Source of the DNA: the human T2T-CHM13v2.0 reference genome, Homo sapiens
Assembly: GCF_009914755.1 (NCBI RefSeq)
Contig: NC_060926.1
Direction: 5' to 3' (one strand)
Length of the DNA stretch: 64,000 nucleotides
Shown: positions 1-12,522 of the stretch, in pieces
Numbering within the stretch: position 1 is the first letter of the stretch
How the letters are laid out: the number at the start of each line of letters is the position of its first letter
The notes under the pieces: model-generated
Seen by the model: only the letters and a program-made list of their open reading frames with translations
What the model was told of the DNA's origin: nothing
Databases searched by the model: none
Made by a program: the position numbers and the translations under genes

Positions 1-2720
1 GAGATACATCAAGTTTCAGAATGGACTAGACCCTACACATCTCTAATCCTAATGCAGCCCAGTCCCAAGATGCTCCAAGTCATAGCAAATAAGAATAAAC
101 TGTGCACTTATGAAATCAGGCTGACCTATTGGCTTAGCTATTTTTCTTTAATTTTGTGGTTATAGCTGCATCCACAGAAAAGGTTAGGATTTCAATTGGG
201 TAAAGGAGAGATAATAACTCTATATGGGAGAAAACAGGGAGGGTATATTAGACGGTATTAGCAATTATTAAACTTAGGACTTTAAATAGCGAGGCTAAAT
301 GATCATATATATTTACATAGGTGTATAAGTAATATTAATACATGTGGAGTACTTCATATGACTTTGTTATATCAAAAATGCCTTTTAGTATACATATATT
401 ATGCACATGTGCATAATATATATTTATAATATCTTCACATATTATGTATCATATATTATGTATATGTGATATTTACGTATATATTACCTTATATTAGGAA
501 GGCATTTTTCACATAATGAATAGATGCAAAAGTGAACATTTCATACTGAATTCTGTGTTCCAAGGGTTCTAGTTATAACACAGTTTCAGTGTGTCTGAAC
601 ATACACATTTAAAAAAATTAAACCGTTAGCTTCTCTCTGACTGGAAATGAATAGAAACCTAGAACACGTAATTAGAAGCCCTTCTTGTTCATTTTTTGTT
701 GCATGTAGCTTTTCTTTAATAATATGAGTCTTACTGGGATCAAGTCTTAAACTCAGTAAATAAAAAGCACAGATCACAGCTTACTGCACTTGGCACCCTG
801 GAAAAGCTGCTAAATTATTAAAGAGGCTCAGGCTGTCATTGCCACCTTGTTATTTTTATTTTCTTAAAGATGCAGGGAGCCTGCAGTTTAAAGCACAAAA
901 TTGCTCTCACCACTGCCATGAATTTTGAAGCGCCTCCTGCACTGCACTGATGTCACATTGTAGAACGAATGGTTCAATGTTGTAACCCTGAGTCGCCTGC
1001 TACCATAGCAACCTGTTGGTTCAGAATGAATTGAATTATGAGATTATCACTAAAGAGGTAGGGTGGGGCTTCTGTTTTATTTACTTTTTCATCAGTTCAC
1101 TGTGCAATGCCTACGAATGGGAAGAACAGAAAGCAATGATTTTTTTGTTTCTTTCAAAATATATGTTGTATTTTAAAACTATCAGGATTATTAAATATCC
1201 ATGTTAAATGTATAGGGGTTAGTTTATCACCGTATCAGCTAAGGGCAGTAGAGAACAAATAAAAAAAAATCTTCATTATCTCATTGCAAATTCATTTCTT
1301 TTTAAAAATAATGGAATTTGGGCAGTAGGTAGATAGGAAAATCATATCAAAATGAAACTTGATCTCATCTGTTTCCCCTGTCCATATGGGATAATTTTAG
1401 CATAAATTGGGATTTTTAAACTTAAAATAAACCTGAAGTGTTGGTTCATACCACCCACGGGCTTCTAAACATTCCAATTCCCGTGAAATGGCCCCAGTTA
1501 AATTGTATCCCATGACAGATGGAATCAGAACTTGTTGCTTCATTACAAACCACTTTCCCAAAATAGCTGCAGCATGAGAAATAATCCTGTTTGTAAATGG
1601 AACAAAAGTGCTTTCACAATGTGGTCTATTTATGGGGAAACCATTATATGCATGCCTTATAGCTCTCTCCCTATTTAATGCCTAATATTAAGATTTACAT
1701 AGTGCAAATGATTAGCAGTAGTTGTTGGCTAATTGATTGGACAAATTTACCTTATATTTGACAACACTTTGTTCCAGGGACTGTAAAGCCACTTCACACA
1801 CATTGTCAATAAATCCTTACAACAGCCCTGAAAGGTAAATATAATTCTCACCTTAGACCCAGCTAGATCCCATGCCTGTCAGGTAAATAGGAAAACCAGG
1901 ATTTTACTCTTGCACTTTTTTATTATCCCCAAAATATATTCTTTAAAAGCTCCAATGCATCAGATCAGAGAAGTTTTTGGAATGAAAATCTGAATGCTTT
2001 TTGAGCTGGGATGCAGGAATTGACATGCCAATCAACATGAGAAAATTTAAATTGTTATGTAGTGGGCCGAACTCACCCAGTAAGACATGTGTGAGGACTT
2101 CATTGTTCAAAATAGAAAGCTCTTGAGTGTTTCTGGACCTAAGAATTAGAAAATTGCAGTTAAAAGGGGATGCCGTGTGGGACTCTAGGATAGGATTTTA
2201 ACTTAAATTAAGCCACATATTGAATTAGATACCCTTTAAAGCATGGCACCATTCTGATATTTCGGATATTCTGAAAATGCCAAGGTCAAAAGGCCACGCA
2301 GACGACCATGTGGAGTGCAAAGAGGAAGATATGCTTAATAATACCTGCTTATTTATTCAACACATGAGTTTTGAGCAGCTCACATGAAAGAAGCACAGTG
2401 CTGGACATTGTACAGGTTACTGAAAGGATATTGAGAACTGGTCCCTGACTTCAAAGAGCTTCTAATTTAATAGGTGAGACAGACAGGTCAACCTGCCTAG
2501 CCACAGCTGCGTAGCAAGACCAAGAAAAATAAATATTACAAAGAAATTTTTTAAAAATACTGGGCAAGCCAAGGAGTACTCTCAGGGGAGGTAGCAGTGT
2601 GTGCACTAAACCTCAAAGGATGACTAAAATATTAATAGCAGATAAAGGAGGGAGGAACCAAAAGCAAGATATAAGTACGAACTGGAGCAGCAGGAGATAC
2701 CACTGTGGCTATTACATCAT

Positions 2721-3081
2721 TATATTAGTCTGTTTTCACGCTGTTGATAAAGACATACCCAAGAGTGGGTAATTTATAAAGAAAAAGAGGTTTAATGAAC
2801 TCACAGTTCCACATGGCTGGGGAAGCCTCACAATCATGGCAGAAGAGCAAGGGACATCTTACATGGTGGCAGGCAAGAGAGAAATGAGAACCAAGCAAAA
2901 GAGGTTTCTCCTTATAAAACTATCAGATCTCGTGAGACTTATTCACTACCACGAGAACAGTATGGGGGAAACCGCCCCCAGATTTAATTATTTCCCACCA
3001 GGTCCCTCCCACAACATGTGGGAATTATGGGAGCTACAATTCAAGATGAGATTTGGGTGGTGATACAGCCAAACTATATCA
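2721..3081 (-). mobile_element. THE1 (THE1B-like) MaLR solo LTR
   Basis: Minus strand begins TGATATAGTTTGGCTGTATCACCACCCAAATCTCATCTTG and ends GACTAATATA; near-TSD ATCAT/ATTAT. Confidence 0.9.
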
Positions 3082-4208
3082 ATTATTAAGTCTTAGCATA
3101 GACACTGTAGTCTAGTATTTACCTAAGCCTTCCAGCCCCCAAACCCACTGACCCTCTATGATGTCCAGAAGTCACCTCAATGGTAATGCTTTAATAAAAG
3201 GGTATCAAGGGAAAAGAAAGACTCTGATAAAATAATAAACCTCGAGGTATCAACAACACATTTTGCAGCGAATATATCCTGAAAATAGAAAACAGGGTGA
3301 ATGTAGGCACATGCAAATGACATGGAAATTAACTATAAATACACATGTGGCTTCAGTTCTCCAGAAAAAAATTTTCTGATGGTTGCTATAATAAACCATC
3401 TGGAAGGTAGATACTAAAGTCTGAACACTTGCAGACAAATTATCATCTTTGTTCCAAATCAAAAGGCTTAAAGTCACCAAGAAAACTCCACGGGCTTTTC
3501 AGTCCCTAGTTCTTTTCAGCCTTTAGAAGTTCCTTGATCAAAGCCCATGGGGCTTCCCAGCCTTCCAACTGTGAGGAATAATAGTCAAAGCATAAATAGC
3601 ATTCGTAGCTACGTATTCAGGCTGGCATAACTTTTATCAGCATGTGACTAATTTCCATAGCATTATAATAACAGTAATCTTTTTCTTCTGTAGGGCAAAA
3701 TAACTATAATTCTCACCTATATTGATAAAAATACCAAAATAACTATAATTTTGTAATTCAAGAAAACTATGGCATCTTAGAGGATTGCCTAATCATGATC
3801 TGAGTCCTTCTGATAATGCATAAGTTAAATTGCAAAAAATAGCTGGGCCCAGTTTTCACAAGCTTACAACTCCTACCTACCCTCTTCCTGCTAGGTTAGA
3901 GAGGTAATTGAACTCTAATGCTGCTGCTACATTTCCTTGGGGCAAAGCTAAAAGACTTGGTAAAGAAAGATACTGAAATCTGGATCAAGAATTTTATTTC
4001 CTCCACTAATTTCATTCTGTCAAAATTTAAAATGTCACCAAATCTATATTGATGTACTGTAATAAAATTGTTACTTGATATAACTGATTTAAAAAATTAA
4101 TATAATAATTTATATCATAAAATCATATACTTATCAAGTTTATTCTTTTAGTAAGGCTTTACTTTGTTTCATTCTTCTAGATTCAAAGTTAATCTCTATT
4201 CTTCCTAT

Positions 4209-4632
4209 TGCTATGGTCAGCATATCAATTTGGATCAATCATTCAAATCTCATGCTGAAATGTGATTCCCAGTGTTGGAGGTGGGACCTGGTGGGAGATG
4301 CTTGCGTCACAGGGGCAGATCCCTTACGAATGGCTTGGTGCTGTCCTCGCAATAATGAGTGAAGTTCTCGCTCTGAGTTCACTTCAGATCTGGTTGTTTA
4401 AGAGTGTGGCACCTCCTCCCCCATTTTGCACCCACACTCACCATGTGACACACCAGCTCCCCCTTTGCTTTCCGCCATGATTGTAAGCTTCCTCATGCCC
4501 TCACCAAGAGCAGATGCTGGGGCTATGCTTCCTGTACAGCCTACAGAATCATGAGACAATTAAATCTATTTTCTTTATAAATTACCCAGTCTCAGGTATT
4601 CCTTTATAGCAATGCAAGAACAGAACAACATA
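4209..4632 (+). mobile_element. MST (MSTB-like) MaLR solo LTR
   Basis: TGCTATGG...AAATCTCATGCTGAAATGTGATTCCCAGTGTTGGAGGTGGG...TAAATTACCCAGTCTCAGGTATTCCTTTATAGCAATG. Confidence 0.85.
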
Positions 4633-5102
4633 CTATTTTCTCTCCTTTTTTCTACCCTCATTCCTTCATCCCCCATTCATTCATTAGGTCAGTAACTATT
4701 TCCTATGCACTTTCTGTGTTTTGGTTACTGATCTAGAGAGCTAGAGATGCAACAATAAATAAAATAAACAATAACTACCCCCAGAAAGACTACATTCTGG
4801 TGATAAAGAAGTAGGCAATAACTTAGATATTATTGTAAGTTGAGAATGTTGGATGTAATAAATGCTAAGAAGAAAACAATTAAGCAAGAAAAGGGAATAG
4901 AAAAGGTGTGTAGGAATTGAAGTTGACCAAGAAGTCAATATTTCAACTAAGACTTGAAGGAAATAAGGGAGAAAATCATGCAGCTATTTGGGGAGATAGC
5001 ATTTCTGAAAGAGGAAACAGAAAATGCAGAAGTCTTCAGATGGGGATATGCTTGCCACTTTCAAGAACAGTGAGGAGGTCAGTGCACCTAGGAAGGAGGG
5101 TA

Positions 5103-5241
5103 TAATGAAAAAAGTACAAGGAAATGAGTTCAGAGCTAGGTCATGTAGGCCATTGTAGAGCATGGCAATAACAATGGAAAGAGTACCAGGAAATGAGTTC
5201 AGAGCTAGGTTATGTAGAACATTGTAGAGCATGGGAATAAC
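5103..5241. repeat. Tandem duplication, ~69-bp unit x2
   Basis: GGAAATGAGTTCAGAGCTAGGT at 5120 and 5189, CATTGTAGAGCATGG repeated. Confidence 0.9.
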
Positions 5242-7128
5242 TTTCACTCTCACTCTGTATCCTCTAATCTAGGTTATAATTGGATCACACTAGTTGCTAT
5301 GTTTAACATATAGGAAAGGTAAGAGTGGAAGCAGGAAAACCAAAAGGAAGATATTCCAATAACTCAAGTGAGCGATGATTATCGTTTATTGCATGTTGGC
5401 AACAGTGGGGGTGGTGAGAAAATGAAATGCGGATGTATTTTAGATTGGCAAGACAAGATTTGACACCGGGTCATGAATGTATTATAAGATAAAGAGCAGT
5501 GTTGGGATGAAATAAATGAGTAAGAAAATACGAATTCCGTTCTGAACAACTGAGAGAGAAAAGTCTGCAAGAGGAGCTGGAATTTTGCCAAGGAATGGGA
5601 AATCAGGAATTCTTCTATGGCTATATGACATTTGAGACACCTATTGGACATCCAGGTGAGGTTGTCATCTAGACAGTTGAATATATGAGTTTGGAGTTAA
5701 TGGAAACATTCTCAACTACACATACTGGACATTGTTGACCAATAGTTGGTGTAAAAGCCGTGAGGCTAGAACTGGATCACCTATGGAATAAGTGTGGATA
5801 GAAAAGAGAAGAGTTCCAAGGTCTGGACTCTGGTCTCCAGTGTTTGGCAACCAGGGAGATAAAGATGAACAGCAAAGGAGACTAGAAGAGTAGCCACTGA
5901 GGTATGGAGAGAACCAGGCATATTTAGTGGCTGGACACCAGGCGCAGAAGGTGTTCAAAGGTAAAAAAGGTGACGATATAGTCTAATGCTGCTAAGTCAA
6001 ATAAGATAGGAACTTGGAATTGGCCATCAGATTTGGCAATATGGAGGTCACCTTTTACCTTGGCAAGAGCCATTTCTGTGAAGAGGTGAGGTCAAAAGCC
6101 AGACTGAAGGGATTTAAGAATGGGAAGAGAGAATTTGGATGAGGACACACAACTCTTTACAGGAATTTTTCTGTAAGGGGAAGAGACATGGGGCAGTAGA
6201 TGTAGGACATCATGGGGTCAGGAGAGGGTTTGTTTGTTCAGCTGGTTTTGCAGATGAAAGAAAGCAGCCTATTTGTATGCTCATAGGGATGAATCAGTAG
6301 AGAGGGGAAAGTTGATTCAACAAAAAGGGGGAACTTTACTGAAACAAGGTTCTAAAGTAAGCAAGAGGACAGATGTTAATAAGACAGGAGCACAGACCAG
6401 TCACCTCCCTTCTCCCCCAAAAAGGAATCAGGAAAGCAGAGAGTGTATTGCAGATGCAGGTAGGTGGTGCAAAGTGGAGATGGGCATCTGTACATCTCTT
6501 CCTTGGGGTTGCTTTATTTTTTTAGTGAAACATGAAGCCAGATAACCATTTGAGAATATGGATTGTGCAGACAGTGCTGGATATTTTCAGACAGCAGGAA
6601 AAGTGTGATATTATTGCCTAAAGAGTGAGAGACTGAATAGATGAGGGGTGTATGAGGATTATGGGTCAGCATTATGGTCCACTTGAGGGCAGTGAGCAAG
6701 AATTTAAAGTGAAATCAGTCAGTGTTGTTATGTCTTGCTTCTGCTATGCTCAGTTGTAGGAGAGAAGGTAAGATGGGGTGGAGAATTGGACATAACTAGA
6801 GTAGTTGTTTAGTAAAGAGAATGCAATGGAACATGAGAGACAGAAGAGAGTTAAAATGTTTACAAGGTAGTGATTATAATGACTCACCATGAAATTTATG
6901 CTTGACAAAGTGGGTGATGAAGAATAAAAGAGATGACAGAGAGTGGAAATATGGCAGGATGCCTGGATTCAATTTTGGGGGTGGAGGGATTATTAAAACT
7001 GAAGTACCAGAGGAAGCACACTGACAATAAAGAAGGCGATTGATAGAGTGAAATGTTTGGAATTGACATTTAGGATAGTTATTGGTAAGGAAACGATCAG
7101 GGGCATAACCATGTAAGTGAAGGCCTGA

Positions 7129-7177
7129 TAGAAAAATGGAGGCTGGGCTAGAAAAATGGAGGCTGGGCTGGAAAAAT
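7129..7177. repeat. Tandem repeat, 20-bp unit x2.3
   Basis: GAAAAATGGAGGCTGGGCT(A/G) repeated. Confidence 0.9.
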
Positions 7178-7345
7178 CATCTTATGCATATTGAAATCAA
7201 CAAACGTTAAGACAGAAGCAGTGCTAGAAAAAGCCACAGTGAGCAGGCATTGCTACCTTCAGGAATGAGGTGAAGTGACCCGGGACAGCAGATGACTGCA
7301 TCCGCCAGTAGTAATGGTTGATGGCAAGAGATTCAGCATTGGATA

Positions 7346-8064
7346 CTGTTTTTTTCTCTTTTATTTTATTTTTTATTATACTTTAAGTTTTAGGGTACAT
7401 GTGCACAACGTGCAGGTTAGTTACATATGTATACATGTGCCATGTTCGTGTGCTGCACCCATTAACTCGTCATTTAACATTAGGTGTATCTCCTAATGCT
7501 ATCCCTCCCCCCTCCCCCCACCCCACAACAGGCCCCAGTGTGTGATGTTCCCCTTCCTGTGTCCATGTGTTCTCATTGTTCAATTCCCACCTATGAGTGA
7601 GAACATGCGGTGTTTGGTTTTTTGTCTAGAATGGCAATCATTAAAAAGTCAGTAAACAACAGATGCTGGAGAGGATGTGAAGAAATAGGAACACTTTTAC
7701 ACTGTTGGTGGGACTGTCAACTAGTTCAAACATTGTGGAAGTCAGTGTGGCGACTCCTCAGGGATCTAGAACTAGAAATACCATTTGACCCAGCCATCCC
7801 ATTACTGGGTATATACCCAAAGGATTATAAATCATGCTGCTATAAAGACACATGCACATGTAGGTTTATTGCGGCACTATTCATAATAGCAAAGACTTGG
7901 AACCAAGCCAAATGTCCAACAATGATAGACTGGATTAAGAAAATGTGGCATATATACACCATGGAATACTATGCAGCCATAAAAAAGGATGAGTTCATGT
8001 CCTTTGTAGGGACATGGATGAAGCTGGAAACCATCATTCTCAGCAAACTATTGCAAGGACAAAA
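7346..8064 (-). mobile_element. Young L1PA (about PA3/PA4) 5'-truncated insertion with internal inversion
   Basis: 7346-7626 antisense L1 3'UTR and tail; 7627-8064 sense ORF2 C-terminus (CWRGC...HCWWDC, ORF 7610-8170); TSD AGCATTGGATA at 7335-7345 and 8065-8075. Confidence 0.93.
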
Positions 8065-8314
8065 AGCATTGGATATTTTTATGGAAGAGAGAAAGAAACT
8101 GTACTTTAAGCAGAAGAAAGGAGCAAGAAAGGGGGATGCAGGGAAAGCAGCAACCTTAGAGGAGAGGTAGGTTTCCCTTAGAGCAAAAAGGTGAAGAGAG
8201 TATTCAAAGAAGAGGTTGAGGATGCAGGGTGTCATGCTTATGACTAACCTTGAGTATCAAAGGGCATGTTGAGAAAGGTTATAGCATAAGGGAAGAAGGA
8301 GAAGTTTGTGTCCA

Positions 8315-8738
8315 GGTAGTTCTCTAGAGGGACAGAACTGATAGGATATATATATACATATATGAATTTATGAAGTATTAACTCACACAATCACAATAGG
8401 CCATCTGCAGGCTAAGGCACAAGGAGAGCCAGTCCAAGTCCCAAAACTGAAGAACTTGGAGTCTGATGTTCAAGGGCAGGAAGCATCCAGCATGGGAGAA
8501 ATATGTAGGCTGGGAAGGTAGGCCAGTCTAGTTTTCACGTTTTTCTGCCTGCTTTATATTCTAGCTGCACTGGCAGCTGATTAGATTATGCCTACCTAGA
8601 TTAAGGGTGGGTCTGCCTTTCCCAGTTAAAATGACTCAAATGTTAATCTCCTTTGGCAACACCCTCACAGACACACCCAGGATCAATACTTTGCATCCTT
8701 CAATCCAATCAAGTTGACACTCAGTATTAACCATCACA
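8315..8738 (-). mobile_element. MLT2A-type ERVL solo LTR
   Basis: Minus strand begins TGTGATGGTTAATACTGAGTGTCAACTTGATTGG; internal (TA)n; 5-bp TSD GTCCA at 8310-8314 and 8739-8743. Confidence 0.88.
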
Positions 8739-8814
8739 GTCCATAAACGTGATATAGAAAGTTTAGGGAGGTTTGAGTGTGAGAGAAGAGGGTAAATTAA
8801 AAGTCTTGGTATAA

Positions 8815-9080
8815 GGCCAGGTGAGGTGGCTCACACCTGTAATCCCAGCACTTTGGGAGACCTAGCTAACAAGGTGAAACCCCGTCTCTACTAAAAATAA
8901 AAAATAAAAATAAAATTAGCCGGGCGTGGTGACGGGCGCCTGTAGTCCCAGCTACTCTGACAGGAGAATGGCGTGAATCCGGGAGGCGGAGCTTGCAGTG
9001 AGCCGAGGTCGCACCACTGCACTCCAGCCTGGGCGACAGAGCAAGACTTCATCTCAAAAAAAACAAAACAAAACAAAACA
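8815..9080 (+). mobile_element. AluY-like element with internal deletions and (CAAAA)n tail
   Basis: GGCCAGG...GGGAGAC|CTAGCTAAC (~40 nt missing); AluY-diagnostic GAATGGCGTGAA and GGAGCTTGCAG. Confidence 0.9.
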
Positions 9081-9096
9081 AAAAGTCTTGATTTAA

Positions 9097-9417
<321 letters not shown>

Positions 9418-11119
9418 GGTCTTGTTATAAAGGATACAATCAGATTAGTCCTAATTGTCCCCAAGCGGATGGGAGGACACGCTGTGAGTGAAAAGGGGAA
9501 GGAAGGGTCAGTAGGTGGGGGCTTGCCAAGAACATAAAGTACCAGGCTCCTATCTGATTCCTACTGATGGAAACAAGGACTCCTGCAAGGGGGCCTGTTT
9601 TAATGAACATGCAGTTTCCTTCTCTTCCCACAAGTAGCCTGCAGTGGGTGTCTGCTTGGAGGTCTGAGCTACTCCTGACTTCTAATGAAGGAGGGTTCTG
9701 GGCAGGGACAGGGACAGTGTTGCCCTAATTGCAACTAATTTGTCATCTACATCTTTGAATTATACTTAGAGCTTAATTTCTTACGCTAGGGAATTACATA
9801 CTAAAGTACTTATGAAAAAAAAATTTTGGATCAGAAGTAAGTAAGCCTGATGAGTCAATAGTTGAAGATACGGTAGTACTGCAAAAAGGCAAAGGTGCTT
9901 GCTGATTGATGCCTAATGGAGGTCGGGGAAGAATATGTATCTCAAATTAATACATCTTCTCAACTGCCAATCCTGATGCCTGAAATGTCTCCATTAGAGA
10001 ATCCTGGAATTTCAGACCTAACTGAGGTTTTAAGAACAAAGCAGCATGGTGTAGCCAAAAGTGCAGGCTTTGGCATACTCCTGGTTTGTGTATAAATCCC
10101 AGATAGGAGCCTCATCTGCTGTGTCGTGTCAGTTTTACTGCCTTCCTTGCCTGACCTCTCAGTAAACTGTTTAAACATCACAGTGAAGGCAAATTTCTTT
10201 TCGGTAGAGATGCGTATGTCAAGTTCTTATTTCTGCTTAGTGCTACCATGGGAATATTCACACAGCTGAGTTAGGATCTGAGGAACGAGTTATATAGCAT
10301 GACATAGAAGACTGGACAGAGTATACAATGGGTGGAAGGTGTGTGTGGATGCCTGCAAAGCATGGCATATAAATATGTTCTCTAAACTTTAAGCAACATA
10401 AGTATCCTAGATCTCTCCACTGGAAGGAGCCCCACTTTGTTCCCCGGCCTCCCCCCATACATAACTCCATGTATGATAAAGCATCAGACCCACATGGAAG
10501 GGTGCATGCCTGAGAGTTATGGTTAGTTGTGGGTTAAAGTCCACTTCACCACTAACCTGCTGTACAAATGAAGCAACTTATTTTACCTGTCTGAGCTTCC
10601 AAAGCTACAAATAATATCAATCTCAGAAGGCTATGTAGAAAGTGAATTGTAATAACCTGTGAGAAAGCTCCTTCTGCAGAGCAGCCACTCCGTAGTGTCC
10701 AATTTATAATACTAAATTGTGAGGGAGAAACCCCCTATCTCAAGAGTATTTGAGAGTAAAGTCTACATATTAGAAACACCGTAGAGATAATTGCTTCTAA
10801 GTTCCCGCTGACTTGCAGATTCTAGAATACCACAAAATTGCATGATCAATGGACAGAAAAGAATCTGGGCAAAATTATAAATTACAAAACCTACATTCAA
10901 TGTTTTCCCCCAAAGCATCCAGGCTCTGGGACTGCCTTATGACAGTTTAGCCTTTTGATAGTTCAGGGATGGTCCCCCAGACACACGCACACACACGCAC
11001 ATGATGCACATACACACATACACACACATGTCCTTTTTTGGAAGTGACCCATACTAAAACCTTGGGAGCTTCTCACGATTCAACCCTGATGTCCATTCCT
11101 CGGTTGAAAGGGCACTTCC

Positions 11120-11370
11120 CAGAGTGGCAGTGTAGTGAAGTGGTTGAGAACACAGATTTGACAACTCATAATGCTAAGTGACTTTGGGGAAATTATTTAA
11201 TCTTGCTAAGTTTTATTTTTCCTATTGTAAAAGGGAGGGGGAAGTTATAGAGTAAACAAATTATAGTTTATAATTACAAATTATAGACTAAGCAAGGCAA
11301 AGTTTGTACAGTGTTTAGTATAGAGCCTGTAGCACAATAAGCATTCAAAAAATAAAAGCTATTGTTTATT
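11120..11370 (+). mobile_element. MIR SINE remnant
   Basis: GTGACTTTGGGGAAATTATTTAATCTT...TTTCCTATTGTAAAAGGGAG core; preceded by an imperfect (CA)n at 10981-11028. Confidence 0.65.
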
Positions 11371-11834
11371 TCCTTGTTTATGACCATTATTGTTTTGTTG
11401 CTCTGTGCATTTTCTTGCTGATGTTGTGTTGATTCTCTGTTGATGTGTTAGGTGGCTGACATTGCACTAAAGTGATGTGCGCTGTAATAACCATGCACTT
11501 CTTTGCCCACTAGGGCAGAAGATGGGGCTGGTTGTTCCCACTGCTACTGTGCTTCTTCACTTACCTAATGGTCAGTTTGGGGGTCCTTTGGCCCCTCTCA
11601 AGTCACATAAGGGAGGCAACAGCCTTGTCTTTTGGGGACCAACATGACCTGGGAATAGACAAGTTCCTTTCAAGTCTGTAGTCATTTTTGATTGCCATCT
11701 ATGCAGCCTTTTCTTTTTCTTTCTGTTTTTGTTTTGATGGCTGCCTATGGGTATTGGAGACTTAAATTTCTTTTACTTATATAAATCAAGAGTAAAAAAT
11801 ACCTAAAACAAAGACTCTATCGATTATATATTTG

Positions 11835-11882
11835 AGGAAAACCATGGGCAAGCATAAGGAAAACCATGGGCAAGCATAAGGA
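11835..11882. repeat. Perfect 22-bp tandem duplication just 3' of SCG2
   Basis: AGGAAAACCATGGGCAAGCATA x2 followed by AGGA. Confidence 0.95.
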
Positions 11883-12049
11883 TGCAGCATTCTGCAAGCA
11901 GGTACCATGAACACATGTATAAAATTCATTACTTCTTACCTGAATTGTCTGGTGAAGATGATTTTCTCTTTTGGCTTCATACTGCTTGCTTCGTAGACAT
12001 TGTCTCTGGTTTTCCATAATTAAGAGTCCAAAGTTGTCCAGAAATAACA

Positions 12050-12055
12050 TTTATT
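12050..12055 (-). terminator. Distal polyadenylation signal AATAAA of SCG2
   Basis: TTTATT on plus strand ~470 nt past the stop codon. Confidence 0.75.
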
Positions 12056-12116
12056 AATCAACAGTAAAACACACAATAGAAAAGGCCTTATAAATAAAAC
12101 TATATATTTATAATGC

Positions 12117-12122
12117 TTTATT
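12117..12122 (-). terminator. Proximal polyadenylation signal AATAAA (alternative)
   Basis: TTTATT on plus strand; followed on the minus strand by a U/GU-rich tract (TTTTCTATTGTGTGTTTT). Confidence 0.55.
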
Positions 12123-12522
12123 TTTTTGGTCCAGTACTCCACAAAACACTACAGACAGTAACAAAATAATTCAATAAATATTAAAAACTTTCAATAGAAT
12201 TATAGGACACTTTTTTATCATATGTGAGCATCAACAATGCCACAGCCATTAGATATACTATTAAACACAGTCATAGATATCTTTCTTGAATAATGGACAT
12301 AATAAATTTTTTATCAAGGAGTCATAACATTTACACATATCCATACACAAGATAACAGCTCAGAGGAAATGAAGCAGACTCCCCAGTGACCTGGTTTCAT
12401 CTGCCTGTACATCATTTAAAGATATTACAGTGTTAACAGGATAGAAGTCAACACACTGAAGAGAAATGTTGGGATTTGCTTGGGGTGGGAGGAATGAAAG
12501 TAGGGTAATTAATGAAAGCAGC

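Larger units (their letters stand above)
4674..7330 (-). mobile_element. Degenerate L2 LINE (long fragmentary copy; right boundary uncertain)
   Basis: CATTCATTCATT 3' terminus followed by purine-rich antisense L2-like blocks (e.g. TTTGAGACACCTATTGGACATCCAGGTG). Confidence 0.65.

Noticed and set aside
5103-7177. Short direct repeats that could suggest a CRISPR-like or spacer array
   Set aside because: Only two adjacent copies each, no spacers, eukaryotic context; ordinary slippage duplications
7610-8170. 186-aa ORF, the second longest in the window
   Set aside because: L1 ORF2 C-terminal fragment made by the inversion; it starts at a non-ATG codon and runs into flanking DNA
9851-9857. Isolated AP-1 heptamers (also at 18618 and 58085)
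   Set aside because: A 7-mer is expected every few kb by chance; no supporting motif cluster, and some lie in repeats
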